The notes beneath the pieces were generated by a model. The model was not told the origin of the DNA. It did not search any database and saw nothing but the letters and a program-made list of their open reading frames with translations. From the IMG/VR virus record IMGVR_UViG_3300042344_000236, positions 229 through 64,228 of that record: 64,000 nt of DNA, one strand, 5' to 3'. Each line of letters starts with the position of its first letter. Position 1 is the first letter of the stretch. Below, piece by piece: positions 1 through 10,354 of this stretch. This stretch comes from a virus (lineage: Duplodnaviria; Caudoviricetes). The translations under genes were made by a program, and so were the position numbers.

Positions 1-19
1 ACTAGTTACAGCACCAGAA

Positions 20-2749
20 ATGTTTAACTTAATTTTTAATGGAGTAGTAGCAGGGACTAAGGTAATGGACAGAGCTGGATTTGGTAAAGTAATACTTGGT
101 GCAAACAAGGCAAGAAATACAAAAAATGCTCTAGAAAATGAATACGCAGAAAAATTTGGAAAACAAAAGAACTTCTGGAATATAGACAACACAATAGAAA
201 GGGGAATGGTTGCATTCTTGGCAAGATTTGACAAGCAAGAGAACATGCAATCAGAACTCAATAGAAGAGTTGAAATGATAAACTCAGCTATTGAAACGCT
301 TAAAAAAGGCACAAAGGAAGAGCAGAAATTAGCCAAAACGTATCAGCTTGTTGCAGATAGATTAAATATAAATAGCGTTGACCGTGAAACTATATTTAAT
401 AATTCAAAAACAATGAATAAAGATGCTGTTGGATGGATGATGGACAAGTGGGCAGATATATATGGAGACCTGTCTTTTGTATCATTGTCAGTGTATAACA
501 CAATGCTCTCAAAAGATCAATACTACACTACAGATAGATATAAAAAGACAGAGATGGCTAGCTCTATAACAGGTGCTGAAGAAATACCTACATCTAGGTC
601 ATCGTATGTTATGAACTCTGATACTCTTATAAATAAAACAGAAACTGGAGTTTTGATGCCAAATACTAAACCTAGTCCATCAACAATAGAGAGTCAGGGC
701 AGGTATATAGATCTAAGTTTTGAGATGAATAACTTCTCAGCAATGGAGGGTGCCTTAGTTGACATCGAGACAGCTGCTGCTATTAGAAGAGTTGACGCAT
801 TTATGAACTCTAAGTATCTATCTAAAGTTATAACAGATCCCAAAGACCTAGATATAATTAAAGGAAAAGTATCTAAATATATTGCTTCAATTAAAAATAG
901 ATCAGTAATAAGCAATAAACAATATCAAAAAGTATTAAGGGATATACAAAAAAAGATTGGTTTAAACTTTTTAGGTAAAATAGGATACAGTCTTGGATTA
1001 GGAAGTATTTTTCAGCCAATAATGCAAACAGTTCCAGTTGTTTTAAATACAGCAATTCAGGGAGGACCAACTAGTTTTATAGATTTATTTAGAACTGATA
1101 GTAAGTTTCAACAATGGCTTAATAAATCAGGTGCAGGCGTTTCTAATAGAGGACAAGAAGCCGTAACAGCTATTGAGTCTGCTGATAGTAAAATAAAAAC
1201 ATTTGAAAATTATACTGATAAAATATCAGACGGGATATCTAAATTTTTTAATTTAAAACTAAAATATTTACTATCAAAACCAGATATTTGGGTGGCTCGT
1301 GGTGCGTTTCTTTCTTACTATAAACAGTATCTAGAAATGAATAACATTGATAGCTCAAAAATAAACTGGGATACTTGGGATCAAGAAATAAAAGATAATA
1401 AATTAGAAGATATAAATAAAGAGGCAATACTATATGCAGACAATATGGTTAATAGAAATCAAAACGTGTCTGACGAAAGATTGGCTGGTGAATTACTATC
1501 ATCTCAAGATGAAGTAATGAAAATAATTAGAAAGACCTTATTTCCTTATGCTTCTTTTAGTATAAACTCAAGGGCTAAAATTGCTACCGATGTAGCTACT
1601 ATATACAATTGGAAACGAGTAGATTTTAAAGACGTAGCCATAGCTTCTAAATCACTACTTGGTACACTTGCTGAACAAGCTGCATTTCATACATTAAATA
1701 TGTCTAGGCTATTTTTATTAGGGACTATAGCAAGTCTAATATATGGAGACGATGATGATGAAACTGAAGAAGAAAGAGAAAAGAGGCTGAAAAATGCATC
1801 AAAGTTTCCTATAAAATCATTCATGGGAGACTTAGTATCTCCTGCCCCAGTTTTAGATGAAATTTTAGTTGATGTGTTTGATATGTTTTCTGATGACCTA
1901 TCTGTTACAGAAAAAGATGTTAATGATGCCGTAAATAAAGAAAATGAAAGAAGAGCACTTAACTATATTGGAAATGCAGGATCTAAATTCAAAATGAATC
2001 CAGAAGAGGAAAGAAAATTTAGAGAAAAATATTTAAGAGATCATTCATATAAATTAGGAACTGATTATCCAGGAGCTAAAGATTCAGGAAAATACGGATT
2101 ATTCTCAGTAGGATATGATCAGTGGAAAAGATTCGTAGACAGGTATGAGATGGCTACAACTGGAGAGTATATAGTAACTGATCAGTTTGGAAACACAACA
2201 AAAAAATATCTTGGTGATCAAGATAAAAATTTAGTTAAATTAGTATACTTCATAGGAGATTTACCAGCAATAATTGGTGGATCATTTAAGGAAGGTTCTC
2301 AAATATCAAACAAAATTTATAAAAAGATTGAAGAAAATTCATACACGTATGAGCAGTATGGAGTTTACAAAGAATTTAAGAAAAGATATAAAAGAGAACC
2401 ACAAGCATGGGAGAGTATGTTAATTAGAGAAAATATTAATTTCCTTCCTACCGAACAATCTAAGAAAAGCATTACAGAGGTAGTTGATTACATAAAAGAT
2501 TTAGGTGGTTTTACAAACAAAGAAGGAAAAGAATTTGTAAAAGCTTTAGGGAAAATCACTGAAAGTTATGACTGGAATCAATACTATAAAATGATTAAGT
2601 CTGGTAAAAAATACGAAGACTTGCTAAACTATAGTTTAAAAATAAGAAAAGAAGCCATTAAAAAGCAAGAAGAGGAAGATAAAAAATTAAAACAACTAGA
2701 AATGGAGCAACAAAAAGCAATGGAAAACTTTGTTCCTCCTCCTCTTTAA
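20..2749 (+). CDS. C-terminal part of a very large virion/ejection (polyvalent) protein, 5'-truncated by the window
   Basis: Frame is open back to the window start (LVTAPEMF...). Helical, charged sequence with hydrophobic patches. Probably continues the ORF that runs off the right end. Confidence 0.6.
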   Translation: MFNLIFNGVVAGTKVMDRAGFGKVILGANKARNTKNALENEYAEKFGKQKNFWNIDNTIERGMVAFLARFDKQENMQSELNRRVEMINSAIETLKKGTKEEQKLAKTYQLVADRLNINSVDRETIFNNSKTMNKDAVGWMMDKWADIYGDLSFVSLSVYNTMLSKDQYYTTDRYKKTEMASSITGAEEIPTSRSSYVMNSDTLINKTETGVLMPNTKPSPSTIESQGRYIDLSFEMNNFSAMEGALVDIETAAAIRRVDAFMNSKYLSKVITDPKDLDIIKGKVSKYIASIKNRSVISNKQYQKVLRDIQKKIGLNFLGKIGYSLGLGSIFQPIMQTVPVVLNTAIQGGPTSFIDLFRTDSKFQQWLNKSGAGVSNRGQEAVTAIESADSKIKTFENYTDKISDGISKFFNLKLKYLLSKPDIWVARGAFLSYYKQYLEMNNIDSSKINWDTWDQEIKDNKLEDINKEAILYADNMVNRNQNVSDERLAGELLSSQDEVMKIIRKTLFPYASFSINSRAKIATDVATIYNWKRVDFKDVAIASKSLLGTLAEQAAFHTLNMSRLFLLGTIASLIYGDDDDETEEEREKRLKNASKFPIKSFMGDLVSPAPVLDEILVDVFDMFSDDLSVTEKDVNDAVNKENERRALNYIGNAGSKFKMNPEEERKFREKYLRDHSYKLGTDYPGAKDSGKYGLFSVGYDQWKRFVDRYEMATTGEYIVTDQFGNTTKKYLGDQDKNLVKLVYFIGDLPAIIGGSFKEGSQISNKIYKKIEENSYTYEQYGVYKEFKKRYKREPQAWESMLIRENINFLPTEQSKKSITEVVDYIKDLGGFTNKEGKEFVKALGKITESYDWNQYYKMIKSGKKYEDLLNYSLKIRKEAIKKQEEEDKKLKQLEMEQQKAMENFVPPPL

Positions 2750-3867
2750 AACAAATGTGTTAACCTAGCAACTTGACCATTCTCTGGGTGATGTATAAAT
2801 CCCTCAACTGCCTTTGGAGAATACTGGTATCCATTTCTGTGGTGCCAACTATCAGCAGCTGAAGGAGATCTTAATGTCTCTACATTGACAGACATGTAGT
2901 CTTTCGATGATTTGTGATGTATGTGGTGACCATAAATATATCTGTACTTGCAGTTGTGCCACTTATCACTTGCCTCGTGTGCCATAAGTAGTGGTAAGTT
3001 CTCCACCTTGGCTCCGTCCATGTGAGTTGATCCTATTAGATTTTTTCCATACACAGTATACTTCCTGTGCCTCATATCATTGTCAAATGTTACGTTCTTG
3101 CAATTATTGAACCATGCCTCTACACACTGCAACAACATAAATCCAGACATAAAATCGTGATTGCTTGGATTGTATACAACATGAACGTCAGCAACTGTCA
3201 TGAGTGTTTCTATGACATTAACTAAAAGCTTTTTAGCCATTACAAAGTTGTCATACCACATTCCGTCAGTATCCTGTGGAGTTCCTGCGGTTGTTTGTCT
3301 TTTTGGATTGTCTATGTGGAGTATGTCGTTTCCTGCAATGAATATTATCTTATCTATGTTGTAACCTGACGTTCTTCCAATTATACCATGAAGACCATCC
3401 ATAACTCTGTTAACAGCTATCTGTTGATTATAATCTTCTCCCGTTTCGAATGATGATGACAGCTTACCAATATGTATGTCTGCTGGGTCAAAAACTAGAC
3501 AGTGTGGGTCCTTACTCTTTTCTCTTTTTATTGAGCTATAGTTGGGTGACCATTTTTTTATCTCAGATATGAGTTCAGTCTTAAAATCATCAAAGTTAAA
3601 CTCTTCAGTGTCACCATTAACGTTTATACTATAGTGCTTTCCTTTGTACCAATAGTTTTTTACTTTGTCAGAATCTATACCTACTCTTTCACACTCATCA
3701 TATAAGGCCCTATTTTTCTCATATCTCCTTATAGCCCTCTTCACTACTGCCCTTGAGTTCTCATCACCACTACCCAAAATCCTTCTGGCTATCTCTGTCT
3801 TGTTGGTTACTCCAGACTTATATAAGTCCAGGATCTTGTTGAAATGTTCCGTGGCTCTTCTTAACAT
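2746..3867 (-). CDS. Calcineurin-like metallophosphoesterase with N-terminal HTH-like segment
   Basis: Motifs DIHIG, GNDILH, SNHD, HMD, GHHIHH. Confidence 0.8.
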   Translation of the reverse strand: MLRRATEHFNKILDLYKSGVTNKTEIARRILGSGDENSRAVVKRAIRRYEKNRALYDECERVGIDSDKVKNYWYKGKHYSINVNGDTEEFNFDDFKTELISEIKKWSPNYSSIKREKSKDPHCLVFDPADIHIGKLSSSFETGEDYNQQIAVNRVMDGLHGIIGRTSGYNIDKIIFIAGNDILHIDNPKRQTTAGTPQDTDGMWYDNFVMAKKLLVNVIETLMTVADVHVVYNPSNHDFMSGFMLLQCVEAWFNNCKNVTFDNDMRHRKYTVYGKNLIGSTHMDGAKVENLPLLMAHEASDKWHNCKYRYIYGHHIHHKSSKDYMSVNVETLRSPSAADSWHHRNGYQYSPKAVEGFIHHPENGQVARLTHLF

Positions 3868-4009
3868 CCTTTAAAATTTTGATTAAAATATCTATGCTTT
3901 TATTTAATTCATCTGTGTCGTTGTCCACTAACGACTCGTACAATGTATCTGTTAGGTCGTTTATGTCGGCCATTAATACGTTTATGTATGTTAGTCTACT
4001 CATGTACAA
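3818..4009 (-). CDS. Hypothetical phage protein
   Basis: Packed ORF directly downstream of a TATATTTG promoter motif (4012-4019, minus). Confidence 0.6.
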   Translation of the reverse strand: MYMSRLTYINVLMADINDLTDTLYESLVDNDTDELNKSIDILIKILKDVKKSHGTFQQDPGLI

Positions 4010-4029
4010 GACAAATATAAGACTAATTT

Positions 4030-4311
4030 CTACAACTCAGACATCCAATTATTAAAAATTCTTCCCATATTGATTACCTCGTTATAGAATTCTCTTACCT
4101 CTTGGTCGTTCTCTTCATCAATCTTTGCGTATATGGTATCTCCAAGCTTGTATACCTCACTCACAAAATCATTGCCTGCTTTTTTAATTTGTTTTCTATA
4201 GAGTTGTGGAAAGTCATCCTTTATATCCTCCATGTAGTCCATCAGAACTGGCAAAATACCTACCAAGCACGCCAGCTTTTTCTCTTTCGAGATAGATTTG
4301 TTGTTCGTCAT
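4030..4311 (-). CDS. Hypothetical phage protein
   Basis: ORF in tightly packed minus-strand operon. Confidence 0.6.
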   Translation of the reverse strand: MTNNKSISKEKKLACLVGILPVLMDYMEDIKDDFPQLYRKQIKKAGNDFVSEVYKLGDTIYAKIDEENDQEVREFYNEVINMGRIFNNWMSEL

Positions 4312-4573
4312 AGCTTAAGTCATTAAAATTAAAATTATAGTTTTCAGTTAGTAAATCTTCTTCGTTAAAATAAGTTTCATCCTTGTTACCTAAGATTGTT
4401 TGAACAGGTTTGTTTGTGAAGAATGAGTTAAATCTTGATGAGTCTACACCAAGAGTTCTTAGTATATTTTCAATTGGTGTACCCTTTAGTATAAGAGACA
4501 TTATAAATTGATGGTTGTCTTGTATGTACAAGCTCTTATCCATCGCTTTCTTGTACCGAAGTTTTAATTCCAT
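4214..4573 (-). CDS. Hypothetical protein, possible HTH
   Basis: Operon context; segment GTPIENILRTLGVDSSRF looks HTH-like. Confidence 0.5.
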   Translation of the reverse strand: MELKLRYKKAMDKSLYIQDNHQFIMSLILKGTPIENILRTLGVDSSRFNSFFTNKPVQTILGNKDETYFNEEDLLTENYNFNFNDLSYDEQQIYLEREKAGVLGRYFASSDGLHGGYKG

Positions 4574-4781
4574 GCTCGTTTAGTTCCTTCATCCTGTACT
4601 CCTGAAGTGGTGACGGTTTATTACCAGGTCTTTTTACTTCAATAAATTCAACGTTAGAGTTTTTGGGTATTGCCACCAAGTCAGGAATTCCAGGTTTATT
4701 TGTTTGTATTAGTTTTATTACGTAATATCCTTTAGACTCAAGCTTCTTTATTATCTTCGTTTGTATCTTCTGCTCTGTCAT
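4536..4781 (-). CDS. VRR-NUC domain nuclease (PD-(D/E)xK)
   Basis: E..IQ..I; GIPDL; FIEVKRPG..PSPLQ. Confidence 0.9.
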   Translation of the reverse strand: MTEQKIQTKIIKKLESKGYYVIKLIQTNKPGIPDLVAIPKNSNVEFIEVKRPGNKPSPLQEYRMKELNEHGIKTSVQESDG

Positions 4782-4998
4782 TGAAGTTGCAATAGTACCT
4801 GCTAAGGTACTTTGTTACCTTCTCAAGATTCGCAAATCTAACAAAATTAAAATCAGAATCCAAAACTTTTATCTCTTTTATTACAATTGCACCATTCTCA
4901 TATCCGTACTTACTTATCTCAAGTATGTTCTGTTCTGGTGTTTCAAGATCAAACTTGTCAATCAACAGCTTGATCATTGGGTCGTTCATTATTTTCAT
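4738..4998 (-). CDS. Hypothetical phage protein
   Basis: Packed ORF. Confidence 0.55.
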   Translation of the reverse strand: MKIMNDPMIKLLIDKFDLETPEQNILEISKYGYENGAIVIKEIKVLDSDFNFVRFANLEKVTKYLSRYYCNFNDRAEDTNEDNKEA

Positions 4999-5103
4999 TA
5001 CGTTACAATTTTTATTATTATAGACTTATTCAACCATCCAATAACTAATAATCTTTCTCCTTTAATTTTAGTGTATGCTAAAACTGGCAATAAAAAAAAC
5101 ATT

Positions 5104-6342
5104 TTATCTTCCATAATCTTTCTTAAATATATTTAACGTGTAACTCTTTTTTGATTTAACTGCCTTGTATATCTTCTCCTCTATGCTACCCTCTGTAAAA
5201 ATCCAGTAAACTTTGTTGGCTAGCCTGTCCATTGTGGTCATCCTATCTCTTGCCTGCCAGTAGCTAACAGCACTAAAATCAATGCTATAAAAAACTAGGT
5301 AGTCAGCATTTTTTAAGCTTATACCCTCACGACCAGACACAATTTGTAAGGCAATAACCTTAAAATTACCAGTGTTAAACTCATCTAAATCCGTGGTCAT
5401 ATCGTCTCCATACACTTTCTTCAGTGCATTTAGCTCCTCCTTGAACTTATAGAACACCCCTATTTTTGTGGTCGCAAATTGCGACTTCAAGAACTCAGCC
5501 TTAAAGGTTGACAAAACCATAGATCTACCACTCTCAAACTTTATCGTTCCACCTGCTAGCTGGTGCATCTTCTGCATTAACTTGGCAGGAGTATCTGCTA
5601 GTATTACATCATTGTTACCCTCAACCACTAGGTCTTTCTCAAGTTTGTCGCTTATCTTTTTTATTATATCAGGCATCTCCACAGTTAGTATTTCCTCCTC
5701 AATCTCTGTTGAGAACCCAGCCTCTTTCTGTGTGTATGTTATTATATATGGAGACACAACGGACATTATCTCTCTCTCCTTGCCATAAGAATAGTCATTT
5801 ACCATCAAACCATTTATCTTCTTCTGGAACTTGTTGACATAAACATCTGCCCACCTGTAGAAGTTTGTGAACCCGTTAAATGGATTAATGGGGTGCACCC
5901 AGAACTGATGGTATATCTGAGAGTAAGACTCTGGAGTTATTGTTCCACTTAATAGTATAACCCTTGGCATGCCACACTTTATAACTAGATTCCTAACCTG
6001 CTTTGTTCTTAAGCTAGGCTTTGGGAATGCGCTCATGGTGTGTGACTCGTCACATATTATTACATCAAAGTTACTTCGATTGACCTTGTGTATACTCTCG
6101 TAGTTAATTATAACAATGTCATAGTTTGGTACTATCTTTTGGGCATCAGACTCTATGGAAGATATTGCCTTTTTCTTAGTTAAAAATAGTATTGACTCAT
6201 AACCAAGCTTGCGACATATCTCAAGGGATGTAAAGGTTTTACCTAGCCTAACCTCCATAGCCAAACAAAGTATGTAGTTATCCCTAAGTATCTGTGCACC
6301 CCTTGAAGATATATCTATCTGATAATCACGCAGTTGCATCAC
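5104..6342 (-). CDS. SF2 (SNF2-like) helicase
   Basis: LRDYQ Q-motif, RLGKT, DESH, LSGT, GREGISL, QARDR. Confidence 0.9.
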   Translation of the reverse strand: MMQLRDYQIDISSRGAQILRDNYILCLAMEVRLGKTFTSLEICRKLGYESILFLTKKKAISSIESDAQKIVPNYDIVIINYESIHKVNRSNFDVIICDESHTMSAFPKPSLRTKQVRNLVIKCGMPRVILLSGTITPESYSQIYHQFWVHPINPFNGFTNFYRWADVYVNKFQKKINGLMVNDYSYGKEREIMSVVSPYIITYTQKEAGFSTEIEEEILTVEMPDIIKKISDKLEKDLVVEGNNDVILADTPAKLMQKMHQLAGGTIKFESGRSMVLSTFKAEFLKSQFATTKIGVFYKFKEELNALKKVYGDDMTTDLDEFNTGNFKVIALQIVSGREGISLKNADYLVFYSIDFSAVSYWQARDRMTTMDRLANKVYWIFTEGSIEEKIYKAVKSKKSYTLNIFKKDYGR

Positions 6343-6619
6343 ATATGTTTTTGATGCACTCGGTCATCTCATCAACATCATCCTTATAAAACGTAATCAT
6401 ACTCTTTTTATATTTCTGGAACTCTAGCAGCTCCACCGCCACGTCAGTCTTGTAACTAAACTTGTTAATAACACCATCAATGAATAGTATGGTGTTGTGT
6501 AGATCTTGCATCTTGTCAAGTATTTGCCCGTAAGCCTTGTCATCTTTTTTAGTGATCTTTAGGACTATCTCAAAGAACACTATCTTTTCTTCTAAAATTG
6601 ATTTGCAGATTTCACTCAT
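6326..6619 (-). CDS. Hypothetical phage protein
   Basis: Packed ORF between primase and helicase. Confidence 0.55.
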   Translation of the reverse strand: MSEICKSILEEKIVFFEIVLKITKKDDKAYGQILDKMQDLHNTILFIDGVINKFSYKTDVAVELLEFQKYKKSMITFYKDDVDEMTECIKNICDATA

Positions 6620-6621
6620 AA

Positions 6622-8976
6622 TTAAAATAATAAATCGGGGTTATTTTCTTCTGTTATAAATTCTACCATCTTGCCCATGGCTCCTCTGTATATCTTAGGT
6701 CTGCTCTTGTATTTAAACTCTCCCAAAGAATCAAGCCATCTGTAGAACCTGTTGTGTGATAACTTCCATCTACCATACGTTCCATAGTCTGGGAACTCTT
6801 CAACGAATCTGTTGTACATGGACATTCCTGGAACAGCAACGTTAATCTTCATGAAGTCATTGTCACTTGATGTGGCCCACTCCCAAAATTCTGTAGATGT
6901 CTCAGCTATGAACTTACGTGTCTTGAGGTTCATGAAGTCACACCTAACAAGATTGTTTGACAGGTAGCTCTGTAGATTGGATATCATATAGTTGTCAAAT
7001 CTAGACCACTCATCTCTGCTCCAACCAACGAACAACATGTGACCAAACTCAGTCTCAGGAGTAAACATCTTTGTATAGTACTGCTTAAACTCTAGGTCCC
7101 ACTTTCTACGTTCAAAGCTGTTTCCTGCTCCCTTTATTGCGTAGTTTGTTGTTATGACAATCTTTGGTGAGTTCTCAAATGGTATGTGTATTTCGTCCTT
7201 GTTCTTTTTCTCCAACGTAATACCCTCGGTGATTACACTGAATAGTCTCTCGAAGTCAAAGTTCTTTGCTACATCGTCAAAAACAAGAGTCTGTGTGTCT
7301 ACCTGTACACGTTGATATGGAAATGATTTCTGAAAACTGAATCCCTTTCCGTCAATTATTACCATCTTCTTTATGTATGATATAGACTTAACAAATATAC
7401 CCTTCCCTGTACCTCCCTCTGGGTTGTCACTAATCACCTCATCGTTTAGAATAACAGCAGGACAATAACTGGCTGGCTTGTAGCTGTGCAAAAGGTAGCC
7501 AATTGTTGATTCCATGGACTTAATCCTTCCTGAATTATTTCCGCTTATGTTTGAAACAAATCTCTTAAACTCACAATCATCAAACTTTGTAACTCTAAAG
7601 TCTCTGTCTATCTTCTGCTTCTCCCAAACATATCCACCTAAATCTCTGTAGTCTATCATATCTATGCTGTCTGATGTAACCTTAACAGCACAGTTTCTAT
7701 AGTACAGATAAGACTCGTTAATGGTGTCAACCATAAATACTGGTTCTATCTTGGCTACGTAGTTTAGAAATGATTCCTGAAAGAACTTAGTGTTCATTGC
7801 AAAGAAGTTATAAACGCTCATGTCGTTTGACTTCATTAGATAGTCTAACACAAAGTCCTTTATCATGTCCTCGTTGGTGTCGCTAATTATATTGTCAACA
7901 ATCCTTACAAAAACAAAGTTATTAGAACCATTTGGGTAGTACTTATAGAACCCGTTTCCCTTTAGATAATCCCTAAAAAGATGTGGTATCAAGTCAATCT
8001 TACCCTTACTGCTCTTGGACCAAAATGTATTGTACTCCTCAGTCTCAACCATTTCATTTATAATGTTCTCGTCAATGTCTGGGTAGTAGTTCTTTACATC
8101 CTTTATTGGAACACCTTTCTTTATGTCGTTCTTTATAGATGTTGTTTTGTCTATGTCCTCGTAGTGCTTTGTCCCGTGATCAGACACATTTTTGTATGCA
8201 GACCATACTATAGTCTTCATCTCAGAAGCCATTGACCCGTCATCGTATGACAACAACACATTTAGAGCCTCATCTTTATTGATTCCGTATTGATTGAGTG
8301 CTGATGCTAAGATAAATAGATTGTTGTTCCTGTATCCTACAACCATACCATGCTTCTTCTCCCACCACATACAAAGCCTTTTTATAACTTCGTTTGAGTC
8401 ACTGATTCGTATCATAGGTGGAGGCTTGATGTTGTCATTTGTGTTAACCATCTCAGACCATACCTCAGACAGCTCGTTTACATATATGTCTGGGTCCCAG
8501 CTCTCGTAACATACACGAGATATATTCTTGCATGACTTGTCAAACTCATCACGATTGTAGTAGTTTTGTAACGCTAAGAAATACTTCTTGTGATTTGAAG
8601 CGTCTTGTGGAATTCTAACCAACAACTTTATTCCATCTCCAGATGGTGACATGAACATGCAGTAAGTATACTTGTCGTTAAACAAGAACATTCTCATTTC
8701 TTGTAAATCTTCCTCACTCTTAAATCCATCAAAGTCTATACATATTATACCGCTGTGATTAACTATAGCATTGTCTGCCCTTCTAGAAAACTCTCCTGAA
8801 AAAAGTATTGCAGGTAGTAGTTTCTTTATGTTGTTCCTCTCCTCCTTTGTATCAGCAGAACGAATCTTTTTTACTATGTCCTTTGATTTGCCAAATTTTA
8901 TCCTGTCAATGGCAACATCAATGTCAACGTAAAATGGTTTGTCCGTATCGTTTATTGATTTGAAGTAGGTTATCAT
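6622..8976 (-). CDS. Primase-helicase (VirE-N/BT4734-like primase domain, PriCT-like domain, P-loop helicase)
   Basis: KKLLPAILFSGEF..R, SGIICIDFD, SPSGDGIK, GYRNNNLF, Walker A GGTGKG, Walker B LVFDD, ITTNY. Confidence 0.85.
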   Translation of the reverse strand: MITYFKSINDTDKPFYVDIDVAIDRIKFGKSKDIVKKIRSADTKEERNNIKKLLPAILFSGEFSRRADNAIVNHSGIICIDFDGFKSEEDLQEMRMFLFNDKYTYCMFMSPSGDGIKLLVRIPQDASNHKKYFLALQNYYNRDEFDKSCKNISRVCYESWDPDIYVNELSEVWSEMVNTNDNIKPPPMIRISDSNEVIKRLCMWWEKKHGMVVGYRNNNLFILASALNQYGINKDEALNVLLSYDDGSMASEMKTIVWSAYKNVSDHGTKHYEDIDKTTSIKNDIKKGVPIKDVKNYYPDIDENIINEMVETEEYNTFWSKSSKGKIDLIPHLFRDYLKGNGFYKYYPNGSNNFVFVRIVDNIISDTNEDMIKDFVLDYLMKSNDMSVYNFFAMNTKFFQESFLNYVAKIEPVFMVDTINESYLYYRNCAVKVTSDSIDMIDYRDLGGYVWEKQKIDRDFRVTKFDDCEFKRFVSNISGNNSGRIKSMESTIGYLLHSYKPASYCPAVILNDEVISDNPEGGTGKGIFVKSISYIKKMVIIDGKGFSFQKSFPYQRVQVDTQTLVFDDVAKNFDFERLFSVITEGITLEKKNKDEIHIPFENSPKIVITTNYAIKGAGNSFERRKWDLEFKQYYTKMFTPETEFGHMLFVGWSRDEWSRFDNYMISNLQSYLSNNLVRCDFMNLKTRKFIAETSTEFWEWATSSDNDFMKINVAVPGMSMYNRFVEEFPDYGTYGRWKLSHNRFYRWLDSLGEFKYKSRPKIYRGAMGKMVEFITEENNPDLLF

Positions 8977-9188
8977 ATATTACTCTTTAATTTTTCTACG
9001 TATATTATAGCATCCATGAGCTCCTCCTGTAAATGATTGAGCCAGTCAATGTTTGACAAATCATTTCTGTCCATTGTTGTGTTGTACTTCTTTATTCCAA
9101 CATTAGACCTTGACCTAATTTTAGAGATAACACTCTCTACTACACTATCGACAACTATGTCGAAAGTGGACGTTGATTCCCATTTCAT
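8973..9188 (-). CDS. Small MazG-like/all-alpha NTP pyrophosphatase-like protein
   Basis: GIKKYNTTMDR...WLNHLQEELMDAIIY (EExxD); start set at ATG 9188. Confidence 0.55.
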   Translation of the reverse strand: MKWESTSTFDIVVDSVVESVISKIRSRSNVGIKKYNTTMDRNDLSNIDWLNHLQEELMDAIIYVEKLKSNI

Positions 9189-9207
9189 ACAAATTAATTT
9201 TAGATTA

Positions 9208-9279
9208 TAAAAACACACACCTGCCATACCAGTGTGCGTAGAGTTTTTACCCGTATGGAGGCTAACCACAGAACCCTAA
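9208..9279 (-). ncRNA. Two-hairpin kissing-loop RNA element; second hairpin is terminator-like
   Basis: Loops CCAUAC and GUAUGG are complementary. Both stems contain G-U pairs only on the minus strand. A U-tract follows. Confidence 0.5.
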
Positions 9280-9509
9280 CTGTAATCAATGTTGTTCCTT
9301 CTGTAATCAAGAATTTTATTAAGCAAATTTTCGTTATAGTTCGTCCAAAACTTTTTGTCTATTATTCTATTCTTATACACTGGTCGTTCACTGACCAATG
9401 GACTTATTGTTCTCGCAATTCCGAACTTAATAACCTGATTTTTCTGATCGGTTACAATTGTTTTAAAATTAAATCCAAGAACAGATTTGATTAATTGTCT
9501 ATCTATCAT
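9276..9509 (-). CDS. Hypothetical phage protein
   Basis: ORF with A-rich leader. Confidence 0.55.
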   Translation of the reverse strand: MIDRQLIKSVLGFNFKTIVTDQKNQVIKFGIARTISPLVSERPVYKNRIIDKKFWTNYNENLLNKILDYRRNNIDYS

Positions 9510-9529
9510 GTTGTATAAATTAAGGTTAG

Positions 9530-9603
<74 letters not shown>

Positions 9604-9691
9604 AATTAAAGTATTGCATTTAGTGTCAGAGCAATTCCTATCATTATTCCTAATAATATTCCGTACACTAGACCTAAAAGAAATCCACTCA

Positions 9692-9913
9692 TTACTTGTT
9701 TAATTCAATATGGTTATCATTTAGTATCTCATAGAACTTGTCTCTGATTCTCTCAACCATATTCCACTCCTCCTCACTGAGCTCCTCATACTTCCATAGT
9801 GTTCTGATCTCCTGAGATATATCCCATAGAGCTAAGTACATCTTGCTACCTTGTATAGCAAGGTCAAATTCATGCTGGTCATCGGGTAGGTTAAATTCAA
9901 GTGTTGCTTTCAT
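9692..9913 (-). CDS. Hypothetical phage protein (MKATLEFNLP family)
   Basis: Coupled ORF; resembles small proteins common in aquatic phages. Confidence 0.7.
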   Translation of the reverse strand: MKATLEFNLPDDQHEFDLAIQGSKMYLALWDISQEIRTLWKYEELSEEEWNMVERIRDKFYEILNDNHIELNK

Positions 9914-10101
9914 TGTTCTTTAATTATAATTCTCAACTCAATTTTTTTATCTTGCATTAATAAGTATAAGGCATTTTCTATACTTTCCTTTAGCATAAAA
10001 TAATCACTTGCATTTATTGGTTTTGGTGTTTGAGTATTAAAATACTGTTCAAAATAATTCTTACCATTTTCGTTGCTATAAAATTCACTTTGTATTTTCA
10101 T
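9910..10101 (-). CDS. Hypothetical phage protein
   Basis: ATGA-coupled ORF. Confidence 0.55.
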   Translation of the reverse strand: MKIQSEFYSNENGKNYFEQYFNTQTPKPINASDYFMLKESIENALYLLMQDKKIELRIIIKEQ

Positions 10102-10144
10102 ATCATTTCTATTTTATTTATGTGGCAATTTTTACCCCTTATCA

Positions 10145-10354
10145 TTAATTGATTTGTTCTTGTTGTTTAGTTAGTCCATCCTTCCACCCTCTCATATATT
10201 CCGCATGGTTTTGCTCTTTTTCCATTTCTTTGGCTTGTTCAATTAACTTTACTCTTTTGATACCATAATCTAATTGATTAATTTTATTTGCTAAAAAGTC
10301 AAGAGTTAATTTTATTTCTTGCTCTGTATACCACTCCACTGCTGTTTGTTTCAT
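10145..10354 (-). CDS. Hypothetical protein (MKQTAVEW...QAKEMEKEQ family)
   Basis: Motif family typical of Bacteroidota phages; start set at ATG 10354. Confidence 0.7.
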   Translation of the reverse strand: MKQTAVEWYTEQEIKLTLDFLANKINQLDYGIKRVKLIEQAKEMEKEQNHAEYMRGWKDGLTKQQEQIN

